A stretch of 64,000 bases of DNA, taken from NCBI GenBank assembly GCA_963771175.1, contig CAVYSY010000021.1:1-64000 (forward strand), written 5' to 3'. A model generated the notes under the pieces. It was given only the letters and a program-made list of their open reading frames with translations, searched no databases and was not told the origin of the DNA. Positions 1 to 12,918 of this stretch are shown here, piece after piece; position 1 is the stretch's first letter; every line of letters begins with the position of its first letter. The position numbers and the translations under genes were made by a program. The DNA is from an uncultured delta proteobacterium (GTDB taxonomy: Bacteria; Myxococcota; Myxococcia; Myxococcales; Myxococcaceae).

Positions 1-96
1 GTATCCGTCCGGCGGACGACGTGGCTGGATTTCCGGCAGCCACTCGGCCTTCCTGCCGAAGACGTGCCGCTCCAGGGCGGCAGTCTTGGCCTCCAA

Positions 97-642
97 TTAC
101 AGCGAGGGGTAGCCGACCACGTTGCCGCAATAGGCGCTGGAGCCGCAGGTGGTGCCCGCGTTCACGTACCAGGCGGACTTGCGGGTGCCGTACGAGCGGT
201 TGTCGGAGTGCACGTGCGCGCCCGTGGAGTTGCCGGTGGAGCCCACCAGGCCCAGCGCGCAGCCGTCGCACGTCTTGGAGCCGGAGCTGGTGTTGGAGTT
301 GACGTGGAGCTGGCGGAAGTCCCAGCCGCTGGCGCCGGTGACGACGTAGTAGTTGCCCGCGCCGCCGTTGCAGGTCGTGCCGCCGACGCAGTTGTTCGCA
401 CAGCCGCCGTAGTACTTGTAATAGAAGCTGCCCGAGAGCATGGCGCGGTGGTTCCACTCGCTGCACGTGCCGTTGCTCATGTCGAGCGCGGTGTGGCTGC
501 TGCCCGAGCACGAGTAGTACGTCGTCGAGCCCACTCGGGCCGCGGTGTCGCAGATGGCGCCCTTGGCGGTGGCGGCGGTCGCCACGCCGGCGAAGCCCGC
601 GACGAGCGCCGCGGCGGCGTACATCATGTTCTTCACGTTCAT
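97..642 (-). CDS. Secreted Cys-rich M23-family metallopeptidase-like protein
   Basis: Signal peptide MNVKNMMYAAAALVAGFAGVATA; HxxxD (HTALD) and GSTGNSTGAHVH (HxH) M23 motifs; 10 Cys; GGAGG RBS before ATG 642. Confidence 0.75.
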   Translation of the reverse strand: MNVKNMMYAAAALVAGFAGVATAATAKGAICDTAARVGSTTYYSCSGSSHTALDMSNGTCSEWNHRAMLSGSFYYKYYGGCANNCVGGTTCNGGAGNYYVVTGASGWDFRQLHVNSNTSSGSKTCDGCALGLVGSTGNSTGAHVHSDNRSYGTRKSAWYVNAGTTCGSSAYCGNVVGYPSL

Positions 643-705
643 ACTTCCTCCTGGGGGTTGCACTGCATGGGGGTACTGCCTTGAGGCTGTTGGAGCGGGG
701 CCCCG

Positions 706-1692
706 CTACTTGCGGATGCGCTGCTTCTCGCGGAGCAGCAGGCTCCACTCCTGCAGGTTGAGGTTGAGCGCGGCCAGCCAGGCGTCGATCTCCGGATCCA
801 TCGCGGGCGCCACGCCGCGCAGCGACTGGAGCGTGGGTCTCGCGCCGGACATGCCCAGGCGCACCAGCCCTTCCAGCGTGGCCTTGCGCACCGCCGGGTC
901 CTTCTCGTTGCGGTAGAGCTCGACGAGGGAGCCGGTGGCCCCGGCGGACTCGGGCCCCGGTACCCCGCCGAGCGCCGTGGCGGAGGCCGCGCGCAGGGTG
1001 GGGTTCTCCCCGCGCAACTGGCCCGTGAGCTTGCTCACCGTCTCGGAGCCCACCTGCTCCATGGACACCTCGCGCAGCAGCTTCGCCGCCAGCTCCGGGT
1101 CGGACGAGGCCAGCGCGGTGTTCACCGCCGCCTCGGACACGGCCTTGTCATGGCCGAAGTACACCTTGGCGTTCTCCTCCAGGAGGTTGCCCACCACCGC
1201 CTCGCGCACCTCGGGCGAGCTGTCGCGGATGAGCTGCTCGTACGTCACCACGTTGTCGTTCCTGGCCATCAGGTCCACCGAGCCGGTGGCGCGCAGCCCC
1301 TTCACCGCCGCGGCACGCAGGTTCGGGTCGGCGTCCCCCAGCGCCCGTTGCAGCAGCGGCTGCACCAGGGCGGGGTTCTCGACGAAGCCCGCCTTGGAGG
1401 CCAGCGCCTTGCCCAGCGCCTCCAGCACGTCGGGCTCGCGCTCCTGCTCCACCGCCGCGAGCAGCTCCTCGGGCGGCAGGGCCTTGGCGGCCATCTTCAA
1501 CTGCTCCAGCGCGTACCTGCGGTAGGCGGGCGAGCCCGTCTTCAGTGCTCCGCGCAGCTCCTGCACCATGCCGCTGAAGGAGCACGTCGTCTGCTGCAGC
1601 GGCAGCGCGCCGCCCTGCGCCCCCGCCGCGGCCGGCAGCAGGCAGGTGGCGGCCGCGAGCAGCGCCGCGCCCCAGGTGGAAGAGCGAGTCAT
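706..1692 (-). CDS. Secreted HEAT-repeat protein
   Basis: Signal peptide then repeats such as DADPNLRAAAVKGL, DSSPEVREAVV, EKDPAVRKATLEGL; alternative start 1719 overlaps upstream stop (TGATG). Confidence 0.75.
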   Translation of the reverse strand: MTRSSTWGAALLAAATCLLPAAAGAQGGALPLQQTTCSFSGMVQELRGALKTGSPAYRRYALEQLKMAAKALPPEELLAAVEQEREPDVLEALGKALASKAGFVENPALVQPLLQRALGDADPNLRAAAVKGLRATGSVDLMARNDNVVTYEQLIRDSSPEVREAVVGNLLEENAKVYFGHDKAVSEAAVNTALASSDPELAAKLLREVSMEQVGSETVSKLTGQLRGENPTLRAASATALGGVPGPESAGATGSLVELYRNEKDPAVRKATLEGLVRLGMSGARPTLQSLRGVAPAMDPEIDAWLAALNLNLQEWSLLLREKQRIRK

Positions 1693-1718
1693 GCGAGTCC
1701 TTTCTTCACGGGGGCTCA

Positions 1719-2898
1719 TCAGTGGGGCGCTCCCTCTTCCATGATGCAGTTGTGGCGCTCCTCCACGCCCAGCCAGATGCGGGCGAAGTCCACCGTGCCC
1801 GCGGCGTAGAGCCGCTTGAAGTCCTGGTAGTCCTGCAGGAAGCGCGGATCCTGCGCGGCCATCTGCTCCAGCAGCGGCAGGGCGCCAGGGCCCGCGGCCC
1901 GGACGGCGAAGCGGAAGAGGGCCCAGCGCACGCACTCGTCCTGCTCCTGGGGGAAGGCGGCGCGGTAGTACTCCAGCGCCTTGTCCGGCTGCTCGGTGAC
2001 GGCCAGACGATAGGCCGCCATCTCCGCGCACGTCGCGCTCGCGGTCCGTGCGCATGATTTTGTCCAGCCGCTCCAGGGAGTCCCCGCCGATGAGGGGGTT
2101 GGAGTAGGTGGGCATCTCCAGGGCGAGCAGGCGCACGGCCATGTCGTCGGACTTCTCGCTGATGTCCATCAGCTCCTTCCAGTAGGGGGCGAAGGTGCCG
2201 GTGCGCTCGTAGTCCTCCTTCATGACGCGGCCGATGGTGCGCGTGGCCACCCAGGCGGTGGAGTCCAGCGACTCGTCCAGGGCGACGGCCTTCACCCGCG
2301 CCAGGGTGGCTGGGGTGAAGCGCTTCTGCGTCTCCAGGGCATCCATGGCCGCGCCCCGGTTGAGCAGCGTCGCGCCCTTGTCCTCACCCATCTTCAGCAG
2401 GCGCTCCACCACCTCGGGGCGCTGCACGGCGGCCGTGGCCTTCACCGCCTCGATGTAGACGCCGAGCTCCGGCATGCTGGCCCCCTCGGCCCACTCGAGC
2501 ACCTGGAGGGCACGGCTGGAGTCATCGCCCACCAGCTCGGTGAGCTTCTCCTGCAGGTAGGTGGCGAGCATCCGGTCCCGCCCGGAGATGGCGGCGGCCA
2601 GGGCCTGGCGGAAGTTGGCCAGGGTGAGCGTCTTGTCGAGCTCCGCCACGCCCTGCCAGCAGCCCGGCATGGGCAGCAGCTCCCGCGGAGGCTTGGGCTG
2701 CTGGGGCTGGGTGGAGCCGCCCGTGGCGCCGGAAGCGGCGGAGGCCTGGGCACCCGAGGCCTGTGAGACCTCGGACTGGGAGGCCTCCGAGGAGCCCTCC
2801 GCACCCGAGGCGGAACGGCGCCACAGCAGGGCCGCGCCGAGGAGGATGAGCAGCAGGGCGCCCACTGCCGTGGCGACCTTGGTGGAAGTGCGTTGCAT
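1719..2898 (-). CDS. Membrane-anchored HEAT-repeat protein (frameshift near 2025)
   Basis: N-terminal TM helix, Ser/Ala/Gln linker, helical repeats; frame continues DRERDVR / EMAAYRLA into ORF 1719..2021. Confidence 0.65.
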
Positions 2899-3029
2899 GT
2901 CTTGGAACCTGTTTTGCCGGGTATCACGGGAAAACATTTGAGTTCAAGTTTTTCTCGGAATTTGGGAGGAGGGCTGAGGTGGGGCGCCGTCCATGGCATG
3001 GTGCCGGCGTCTCCCCAGGAGGAGGACGG

Positions 3030-4178
3030 ATGCCACGCCACCCCGCCTACGCACCTTCGGTCTCGGGCATGTCGAGCTCGCTGTACTCGGGGCTCGCGGA
3101 TCGGCTGTCGAGCAAGGCGGGCGAGGTGTACCCGCTGCACGTGGGGGACACGTGGATGGAGCCGCCCGAGGGCTGCCGCATGGAGGACTTCCGGGTGGCG
3201 GAGCACCCCGGCATGCACCGGTACGCGCCGGTGCAGGGGCTGCCCGGGCTGCTGGACGCCGTCGTGGAGCGGGTGCGCGCGAGGACGGGGGTGCCCACCG
3301 AGCGCTCCGAGGTGCTCGTCACCACGGGGGCCACGGGCGCGCTGGGGGCGATCATCGGTGGGCTGGTGGCGCCGGGCGAGGAGGTGCTCATCCTCGCGCC
3401 CTACTGGCCGCTCATCTCGGGCATCGTCACGGCGTTCCACGGCAGGCCGGTGCCGGTGCCCTTCCTCGGGTGCGACGGTCCGGAGGCGCTGGTGGAGGCG
3501 GTGCGCGAGCGCCTCACGGAGCGGAGCGTGGCGCTCTACCTCAACACGCCCAACAACCCCTCCGGGCGCGTGCTACCGCGCTCCTGGATGGAGGCCCTGG
3601 TGGGGCTGGCGCGCCGTGAGGGGCTGTGGCTGCTCTCCGACGAGGTGTACGAGGACTACGTCTACACGGGCGAGCACGTCTACGCCCGCGCGCTGGCGCC
3701 GGAGCGGACGCTCTCCTCGTACTCCTTCAGCAAGGCGTATGGGATGGCGGGCAACCGGTGCGGCTACGTGGTGGGGCCGGAGGAGGCGGTGGGACAGCTG
3801 CGCAAGGTGAGCACGCACTCCTTCTATAGTGCGCCCACCGCCGCGCAGCTCGCGGGGGAGCGAGTGCTGCGGGGCCCGGGGGACGCCTGGGTGGCCATGG
3901 CCTCCGCCCAATACCGCGACACGGGGACGAAGGTGGCCGCGCGCCTGGGTGTTGCACCGCCCGAGGGGAGCTCCTTCCTCTTCCTGGACGTCTCGGCGCA
4001 CCTGGACGAGCGGGGGCTGCCCGGGCTCCTGGAGCGGTGCGTCGAGCGCAACCTGTTGGTGTCCCCGGGGCCGAGCTTCGGGCCCTTTCCCCACCACATC
4101 CGGCTCTGTTTCACCTGTGCGCCGCCCGACGTGGTCCTGAGAGGCGTGGAGGTGCTGGCGGGAATTCTGGGCCGGTAG
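3030..4178 (+). CDS. PLP-dependent aminotransferase class I/II
   Basis: NTPNNPSG, SDEVY, SFSKAYGMAGNRCG (PLP lysine) motifs; GGAGG RBS. Confidence 0.9.
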   Translation: MPRHPAYAPSVSGMSSSLYSGLADRLSSKAGEVYPLHVGDTWMEPPEGCRMEDFRVAEHPGMHRYAPVQGLPGLLDAVVERVRARTGVPTERSEVLVTTGATGALGAIIGGLVAPGEEVLILAPYWPLISGIVTAFHGRPVPVPFLGCDGPEALVEAVRERLTERSVALYLNTPNNPSGRVLPRSWMEALVGLARREGLWLLSDEVYEDYVYTGEHVYARALAPERTLSSYSFSKAYGMAGNRCGYVVGPEEAVGQLRKVSTHSFYSAPTAAQLAGERVLRGPGDAWVAMASAQYRDTGTKVAARLGVAPPEGSSFLFLDVSAHLDERGLPGLLERCVERNLLVSPGPSFGPFPHHIRLCFTCAPPDVVLRGVEVLAGILGR

Positions 4179-4186
4179 ATGCAGCT

Positions 4187-5328
4187 TCAGGCCGGGACGG
4201 CGCGCACCTGGTCGCCGTCGAGCACCAGGCGCACGGTGGACACCTGGGGCTCGCCGAAGTGGTCGTAGGCGGCGCGCTCCAACTGGGGCACCAGCGCGGC
4301 GCGCAGGCCGCGGGCTCCCGTCTCGCGCTTGAGGGCTCGCGCCACCACCCACTCGCGCACGGCGGGCTCCACCACCAGGTTCAGCCCCTCGTGGGCGAAC
4401 TCGCGCTCGTAGGCGCGCAGCACGTTGTCCTCGAGGATGCTGCCCAGCGTCGTCGCGTCCAGCGGCGAGAAGGACACGATGCGGCTGAAGCGGCCGATCA
4501 GCTCCGGGATGAAGCCGTAGCGCGCGAAGGCCGTCGTCTGCTCGAGCTGCTCGTCCGTCACCCGCTCGGCGATGGCCGCCTCGCGCTTGTTCACCTCGCG
4601 GCCGAAACCCATCCGCTCCTGTGGCCCCCCAGCTCCTCCGCCGTGCCCTTCAGCCCGCTGAAGGCCCCGCAGGCGATGAAGGTGAGGGCCGACAGCTCCA
4701 TGGGCATGGGCGGTGTGCGGCTGGTGAAGCCGAAGTCCGGCGGGAAGTCCGCCCGCGGCGCGCTCAGCAGGTTGAGCAGGCCGCGCTGCACGCCGAAGCC
4801 GCTCACGTCCTTGGTGGTCTGCTGCCCGGCGAAGCGCGCATCGGAGCGGCTGGTGGCGAGCTTGTCGAACTCGTCCATGCAGATGGCGCCGCAGCCCGCC
4901 CACGCCACGTCCCCGCCCGCCGCCTCGTAGAGGCGCGAGAGCATGGTCGTCACGTCGTCACCCACGTAGCCCGTCTCGGAGAACTGGGTGGCGTCCACGA
5001 TGAGCGTGGGCACGCCCAGAATCTCCCGGAACAGCAGCTCCACGAGGAACGTCTTCCCGCTGCCGGTGGGGCCCAGGAAGAGACAGTTCTCGCGCGTGCC
5101 GGGCTCGGGGGCGATGCCCTCCAGGTGGATGCGCCGCAGCCGCCGCACGTGCCGGTAGGCCAGCACCGACGCCGCGCGCCGGGCCTCCTGCTGGCCTCGA
5201 TAACCGAGCTCGGACAGGCGGGTGTCGATCTCCCGGGGGGAGAGCTCCTCCAGGGCGGCGACGCGCTCGCGGACGGAGTCGCCGTGCGCGGCGGGGAGGG
5301 CGTGCAGATGGTCGGGACGTGGGCTCAT
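4187..5328 (-). CDS. ClpX-like AAA+ ATPase lacking the N-terminal zinc-binding domain (frameshift near 4615)
   Basis: [45 protein letters not shown] loop, [19 protein letters not shown]. Confidence 0.8.
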
Positions 5329-5512
5329 GCGGTGGGCGGCATCTTTCCGGCAGCGACGGCACGGGACAAGCGTTGGTTGGAGACACCCTCGGTGCCCGGC
5401 CGCTCTCGGAGGAGGCGGACACCGTCGAGGCGGGGCCACCAGTGAACATCTTCTGGCCGCATTGGCTCGGAGGACACGTCACGCGCGGCGTGTGGGTGAA
5501 TAGTAGGAACCC

Positions 5513-7375
5513 ATGGAACGAGCAGAGGAGACGCGGGGACAGGTGCCTCGCCTGGGGGCCTGGGTGGAGCCGGGACGGGGAGTCCGGTGGCGTGTCTGGG
5601 CCCCCGGGCACCGCGAGGTGGCGGTGGTGCTGCACGGCGAGGACGGCCGACCAGGCGTCTCGCTGCCCATGGTCGAGGAGGGTGGGGGGTTCTTCTCCAC
5701 GACACTCGCCGGCGAGGGCGCGGGCGTGCGCTACAAGCTGCGGGTGGATGGCGAGGGCCCCTTTCCGGACCCCTGGAGCCGTTCCCAGCCAGCTGGCGTC
5801 CACGGTCCCTCCGAGGTGGTGGTGCCGGACTTCGCCTGGACGGACGCGGGCTGGAAGGGACCGGACCCGGAGTCCCAGGTCCTCTACGAGGTCCACGTGG
5901 GCACCGCCACGCCCGAGGGCACCTTCGAGGCGCTCGATCCCCCGCCTGCGCTCGCTGCAAGGAGCTGGGCGTCACCACGCTGGAGCTGATGCCGCTGGCC
6001 AGCTTCCCGGGCACGCGCAACTGGGGCTACGACGGCGTGGACCTCTTCGCGCCCCAGGCCGGGCTACGGCGGTCCCGCAGGGCCTGCGGCGCCTCGTCGA
6101 CGCGGCCCACGCCGAGGGGCTCGCGGTGCTCATCGACGTCGTCTACAACCACTTCGGCCCGGACGGGAACTACCTGCGCTGCTACTCGCCGCACTACTTC
6201 ACCGGCCGCCACCACACGCCGTGGGGCGAGGCCGTCAACTACGACGGCGAGGGCTCAGCGCGGTGGTGCGCGAGCTGGTGCTGTCCAACGTGGAGATGTG
6301 GATCCGCGACTACCACGCGGACGGGCTGCGCCTGGACGCCACGCACGCCATCGTGGACGACGGCACGCCGCACCTGCTGGCGGCCATCTCGGAGCGCGCC
6401 CGGGCCGCGGCTGCCCGGCCGGCGGGTGGTGGTCATCGCCGAGGACGAGCGCAACGACACGCGCCTGGTGCGCCCGCCCGCCGCAGGGCGGCTACGGGCT
6501 GGACGGCGTCTGGGCGGACGACTTCCACCACCAGATGCGCCGCGCCTTCGCCGGGGACACGCGAGGGCTACTACCAGGACTACACCGGCACGGCGGAGGA
6601 CCTCGCGCGCACGCTGCGCCAGGGCTGGTTCTACGAGGGGCAGGCGTCTCAGGTGCACTCGGCCACGCCGCGGGGCACGCCCGCGAGTGGCGCGGAGCCG
6701 CGGAGCGCTTCGTGCTCTGCATCCAGAACCACGATCAGGTGGGCAACCGCGCGCTCGGCGAGCGGCTGGGCGCGGACGTGTCCCCGGCGGCCTTCCGCGC
6801 CATGAGCACGCTGCTGCTGCTGCGCGCCCTACACGCCGCTGCTCTTCATGGGGCAGGAGTGGAACGCGAGCACGCCCTTCCTCTTCTTCACGGACCACCA
6901 CGCCGAGCTGGGCAAGCGCGGTGACGGAGGGGCGGCGCAAGGAGTTCGCCGGCTTCACGCGCTTCGCCGGCGGCGAGGTGCCGGATCCCCAGGCGCCGGA
7001 GACCTTCGTGCGCTCGAAGCTCGACTGGAGCGAGGCCGAGCGGCCCCCTGCACGCCGGAGTGCTTGCCCTCTACCGCGAGCTGCTGCGCCTGCGCGCCAC
7101 CGATCCCGTGCCTGAAGCAGCACCGCCGGGGCTCCTTCGACGTGCGGCCCACGGGCGAGCACGGGCTGGTGCTCGAGCGCCGGGGTCCCGGTGGCGCGCT
7201 CCACGTCATCGTCAACGTGAAGGGCACGCTGGAGCACCGGCTGCCCTCGGGTGCCTCGCTGGTGCTGTGGAGCGAAGCGCCCCGCTTCGGTGGCACCTCG
7301 AAGGAGGAGCCACTGCGAAGCGGGGGGTTGCTGCTCGAGGGGCCTTCGTCCGCGGTGGTTCGCACCACGGGCTGA
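5513..7375 (+). CDS. treZ: Malto-oligosyltrehalose trehalohydrolase, GH13 (several frameshifts)
   Basis: Fragments across frames: [75 protein letters not shown]. Confidence 0.85.
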
Positions 7376-7395
7376 GCCCCGTCGAGGTGGGGGCG

Positions 7396-8007
7396 CTAGA
7401 ACGCGCCGCCCAGGTTGAGGCCGAAGTTGATGTTGTTGCCGTGCTCGTCCCGCCCCAGGTTCTCACCACCGAGGATGCTGTAGGTGGCCCGCACACCGGC
7501 TTTCACGGCACCGACATTGTAGTCGATGCCCGCGGCCAGCGGCACCTCGGTGACGAAGTCGTTCTCGAAGAAGAGCTCCGCGTCCTTACTCGGGTTGAGG
7601 GTGCTCACGCCGAAGCCCGCGCCAACGAAGGGCTTCAGGTTGCCGTTGTTGCCAAGCTCCGGCCCCAACTTCGCGAGCGCGCCCACGTTGTTCCGCCACA
7701 GCCCGCCGTCGATGTTCACGAACGGGTTGCGCGAGCCCTCGTAGCCCAGTTCCAACCCCAGCAGTGGCAGGGGCCGCGAGTCGAGCATGATGCCGAGGGA
7801 CCCGCCCACTCCCGTGAGGTCCGCGAGGTCACCCGTGTACGTGTTCAGGCCGCCGCGGAGGGAGACCCCGAAGTTCCGGGTGACGCCTGTGCTCTTCTGG
7901 TCCTCGTCGTAGACCTTCGCCTCGCTTTCCTGTGCCAACGCGGGCAGCGCCAGCAGCATGGCCGCGGCGACCGCTCCGAGACCCCAGCTCTTCTTGATGT
8001 GCATCAT
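7396..8007 (-). CDS. Small outer-membrane beta-barrel protein
   Basis: Signal peptide, alternating strands, KPFVGAGFG motif, C-terminal Phe. Confidence 0.75.
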   Translation of the reverse strand: MMHIKKSWGLGAVAAAMLLALPALAQESEAKVYDEDQKSTGVTRNFGVSLRGGLNTYTGDLADLTGVGGSLGIMLDSRPLPLLGLELGYEGSRNPFVNIDGGLWRNNVGALAKLGPELGNNGNLKPFVGAGFGVSTLNPSKDAELFFENDFVTEVPLAAGIDYNVGAVKAGVRATYSILGGENLGRDEHGNNINFGLNLGGAF

Positions 8008-8450
8008 GTGCCTCCCTGTGAGCCCCCCGTCCGTTCGGGGGGGTCCGTCAAAAACTGGGAGCGGATGGCGGTGACTGGAAGCGCACACTCGCGCGTCTCT
8101 TCATTCCCCCCAGCCCTCCGAGCGGCCAGCGCTCCGGTCCTGAGGCTGGCCGTGGCTGGGCACGGTGAAGGTGACTTGCTATTCGGTCCACACCCTTCCG
8201 ACCTACAAGGTCGGCAGGCGAGCAACCGGCACGTGGCCCCACCGGGTCCGGCGCTGGCCACCCGAGTGGAGGTCCATCGGACGGATGTGACCTCATAGGG
8301 AGGGTTGCGGCCTGCAAGTGTTTGAAATTCCAAGGAAATTGATTGGAATTGATTGGGATTGCAGGCGTTTGCTGGCCAACACCAGGGATTGGGTGTGTCG
8401 GGAATTCCTTCCGGGCGCGCCGCTCCCTCCAACCCAGAGGAAGCAACACA

Positions 8451-9753
8451 TTGAATTGGACCTCTTCCCGCCGCACGCGGTTGTCCTTCGGGCTTCTCTC
8501 TCTCGTGACCCTCGGCGCCTCCCAGGCGCTGGCGGCTGGAGGCTTCGTCTCCGCCACCGCGAGTGGTGACGACGGCAACAAGCCGGCCAGCGCCATTGAC
8601 GGCAACCTCTCTACCCGCTGGTCCTCCAATGGTCGCGGCCAGTGGATTCAGGGGGACATGGGCGCGGTGAAGTCCCTCACCGCCCTGGACATCGCCTGGT
8701 TCAGGGGCAACGAGCGCTCCAGCCGTTTCGCCATCTCCACCTCCACGGACGGAGTGACCTTCAGCCCGGCGTTCTCGGGTGCCTCCTCTGGCCGGACGGC
8801 TTCCGTCGAGCGCTACGCCATCCCCGCCAAGAGCGCCCGCTACGTGCGCGTGACGGTCGACGGCAACACCCTGAACACCTGGGCGAGCATCTCCGAGATG
8901 GCCGCCATCGCCGGCACGGCGCCCACCCCGAGCCGCCGACGCTCCGACGCCCACCCCGACGCCGGAGCCAGCGCCCACGACGGGCAAGGACGTGTTCGGC
9001 GTCACCATGCTCTACCCGACGAAGGCGGGCGGCGAGACGTGGTTCCTCCAGACCGACGCGCTGAACGACAAGCGCTTCGACCCGCAGGACACCATCACCC
9101 GCAACGCGGACGGCTCCTGGAAGATGAAGGAGAGCCAGGTGCGCATGCACGCGCGCACCTCCACCGGGTACGACGCGAGCAAGATTCCCACGTATGACCG
9201 GGACGTCCTGGCGAGCCGTGGCTACATGCAGGCCGCCAACGACTGGAAGAACGTGGAGATGACGGGCTTCATCAAGGTGAACGCCGCCAGCGACATGAGC
9301 GACAACTTCGCCTGGTACGCGCGCGGTGGCCGCCACAACGACGACCTGGCCTGCGAGGGCTCCTCGTACAAGGGCAGCCTGCACTACGACGGCCGCGTGC
9401 GCTGGCAGAAGGAGTCCTGGCACGTGAGCTACGACCAGACCGCCTACAAGACGGGCACCACGTCCCTCAAGGGCCGTTGGGTGGGCTTCAAGTCCATCAT
9501 GAAGAACACCACCTACAACGGGAAGCCCGCGGTGAAGCTGGAGCTGTGGCTCAACGAGAACGCGGACAAGGTGACCTGGAAGAAGGTCTACGACACCCTG
9601 GACTACGGCCAGATTGGCGGCGACGCCACCCACTGCGGCGGCGCCGTGGATGCCATGCCCATCACCTGGGGCGGCCCCCTGGCCACCTTCCGCTGGGACA
9701 GCGCCTCGGACGTGGACTTCAAGTGGCTGAGCGTGCGTGAAATCGCCGAGTAG
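8451..9753 (+). CDS. Secreted discoidin (F5/8 type C) domain protein with C-terminal beta-sandwich domain (frameshift in Pro/Thr linker near 8940)
   Basis: AIDGNLSTRWSS, WIQGDMG, ARYVRVT motifs; second half is ORF 8992..9753; TTG start inferred. Confidence 0.75.
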
Positions 9754-9785
9754 CCATCGCCGCACTCACGCTGGATGAAGCACCG

Positions 9786-9817
9786 GGCGCGGAGAGCATG
9801 GCTCTCCGCGCCTTTTT
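9786..9817 (+). terminator. Rho-independent terminator
   Basis: GGCGCGGAGAGC-ATG-GCTCTCCGCGCC then TTTTT. Confidence 0.8.
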
Positions 9818-9957
9818 CGTCTGGAAAGGGTTGGGCGGGGGCGGCGCTTGAAGGAGCCGGAGCTCCAGGGGCGGGGTCCTCTCGGCTGCCCGAGGTCCGA
9901 GGGGGCGGGCTCGTGTTGTCGGGGCCGATGAGGCGGGCGCACCTTTGGCCCGAGGAG

Positions 9958-10365
9958 ATGCCCATGCGCTCACGGACCGTATTCGCCGCCGGGTTCACCC
10001 TGGCCACGTTCGCCCTCGGTGCCCGGGCAGCCGAGGACCCCACGCCCCCGAAACTCGAGGCCGTCGAGGAGAAGGCCACTCCCGGGGACCAGTTCACCGA
10101 GCGGGACGAAGGCGTCCTCGAGGGCACGGTGAAGGGGGCCACCGGCAACGTCCTCACGCTCGACGTAGGCCGGAAGGCGCCGCTGGTACAGGTCGTCCTC
10201 AAGGACGAGGACGCGGTGCCCATCCTCCAGGAGGGACAGCGGCAGGCGCTCGCCTTCGAGCAGCTCCGAGAGGGCACGCCCGTCCGCACCCACTTCCGCA
10301 ACGAGGGCGGCATCCGCGTCGCCACCTCCATCGACGTGCTCGAACCCGAGAGCGGCCAGCCCTGA
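9958..10365 (+). CDS. Small secreted hypothetical protein, possibly OB-fold
   Basis: GAGGAG RBS, signal peptide, beta-rich sequence. Confidence 0.6.
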   Translation: MPMRSRTVFAAGFTLATFALGARAAEDPTPPKLEAVEEKATPGDQFTERDEGVLEGTVKGATGNVLTLDVGRKAPLVQVVLKDEDAVPILQEGQRQALAFEQLREGTPVRTHFRNEGGIRVATSIDVLEPESGQP

Positions 10366-10407
10366 TAGTCCCCGAGTCCAAGGGCCCGCCCTTCGGGGCG
10401 AGGGGGC

Positions 10408-12030
<1,623 letters not shown>

Positions 12031-12122
12031 GGCGCGGTACGATACTCCGGGTTCCTAGAATCCGCGAATGTCTACCGCCTGACTCAGGACTCTGGGCAGG
12101 CAGGTAGCCGAGCGAGGCGCAC

Positions 12123-12884
12123 TCAGGCTTTCAGTTTGTAACCGGATTGCAATGCGCCCCAGGCCACGCCGGTGGCCACCACCGCCACGGCCAGGAGGAT
12201 GCCGCTGCCCAGCAGGGGCGAGAAGCCGCTGGTGCCCAGCATTCCGTACCGCAGCCCCTCCACCATGTAGACCATGGGGTTGAAGAGGCTGATGTGGTTC
12301 CACGGCGAGGGCAGCTCGCGCACCGAGTAGAAGATGCCGCCCAGGAAGGTGAGCGGCAGCATCACGAAGGTGGGGAAGAAGTTGATCTGCTCGAACTTCT
12401 CGGCCCACACCGCCGCGAGCACCCCCAGCACGCTGAAGGTGTAGGAGGACAGCAGCAGGAAGAGGAGCGTGGCGGGCGCGTGCTCCAGGCGGAAGCCGGT
12501 GAAGAGCGTGGCCACCGCCCAGGTGAGCCCGCCCACCAGCAGCCCGCGCACCATGGCCCCGCCGACGAAGCCGGCCAGCAGCTCCAGCGGCCCCAGCGGC
12601 GCCACCAGCAGGTCCACCACCGTGCCCTGAATCTTGGTGATGAAGAGCGAGGAGCTGCTGTTGAGGAAGGCGTTGTTGGCCAGGCCCATGAAGACGAGGC
12701 CGGGGACGATGAAGGACAGGTAGGGCACGCCCTCCACCTCGTGGATGCGGCCGGACAGCGAGTAGCCGAAGACGAGGAAGTAGAGCGAGGTGCTGATGAG
12801 TGGCGAGAGGACGGTCTGGCCCGGCACGCGCATGAAGCGGCGGACCTCCTTGGCCAGCAGGGTCTTCATCCCGAGGATGTTCAT
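12123..12884 (-). CDS. ABC-2 type permease, YadH-like
   Basis: [38 protein letters not shown]. Confidence 0.85.
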   Translation of the reverse strand: MNILGMKTLLAKEVRRFMRVPGQTVLSPLISTSLYFLVFGYSLSGRIHEVEGVPYLSFIVPGLVFMGLANNAFLNSSSSLFITKIQGTVVDLLVAPLGPLELLAGFVGGAMVRGLLVGGLTWAVATLFTGFRLEHAPATLLFLLLSSYTFSVLGVLAAVWAEKFEQINFFPTFVMLPLTFLGGIFYSVRELPSPWNHISLFNPMVYMVEGLRYGMLGTSGFSPLLGSGILLAVAVVATGVAWGALQSGYKLKA

Positions 12885-12918
12885 GGTGTCGTCGTGGGAG
12901 GGGGTGGGGCGCTCGGGT

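Noticed and set aside
706..2937. Single 743-aa HEAT protein
   Set aside because: Frameshift near 2025 joins two genes; the second has its own RBS and signal peptide
2994..3009. Sigma-54 promoter before the aminotransferase
   Set aside because: GG-N10-GC spacing is present but the -12 element (CGGC) is poor; likely chance in GC-rich DNA
5513..7375. treZ, ettA, ppdK, ABC genes and others as pseudogenes or programmed frameshifts
   Set aside because: Indels cluster in patches, hit conserved genes and leave motifs intact, which fits low-coverage long-read error; needs read-level confirmation
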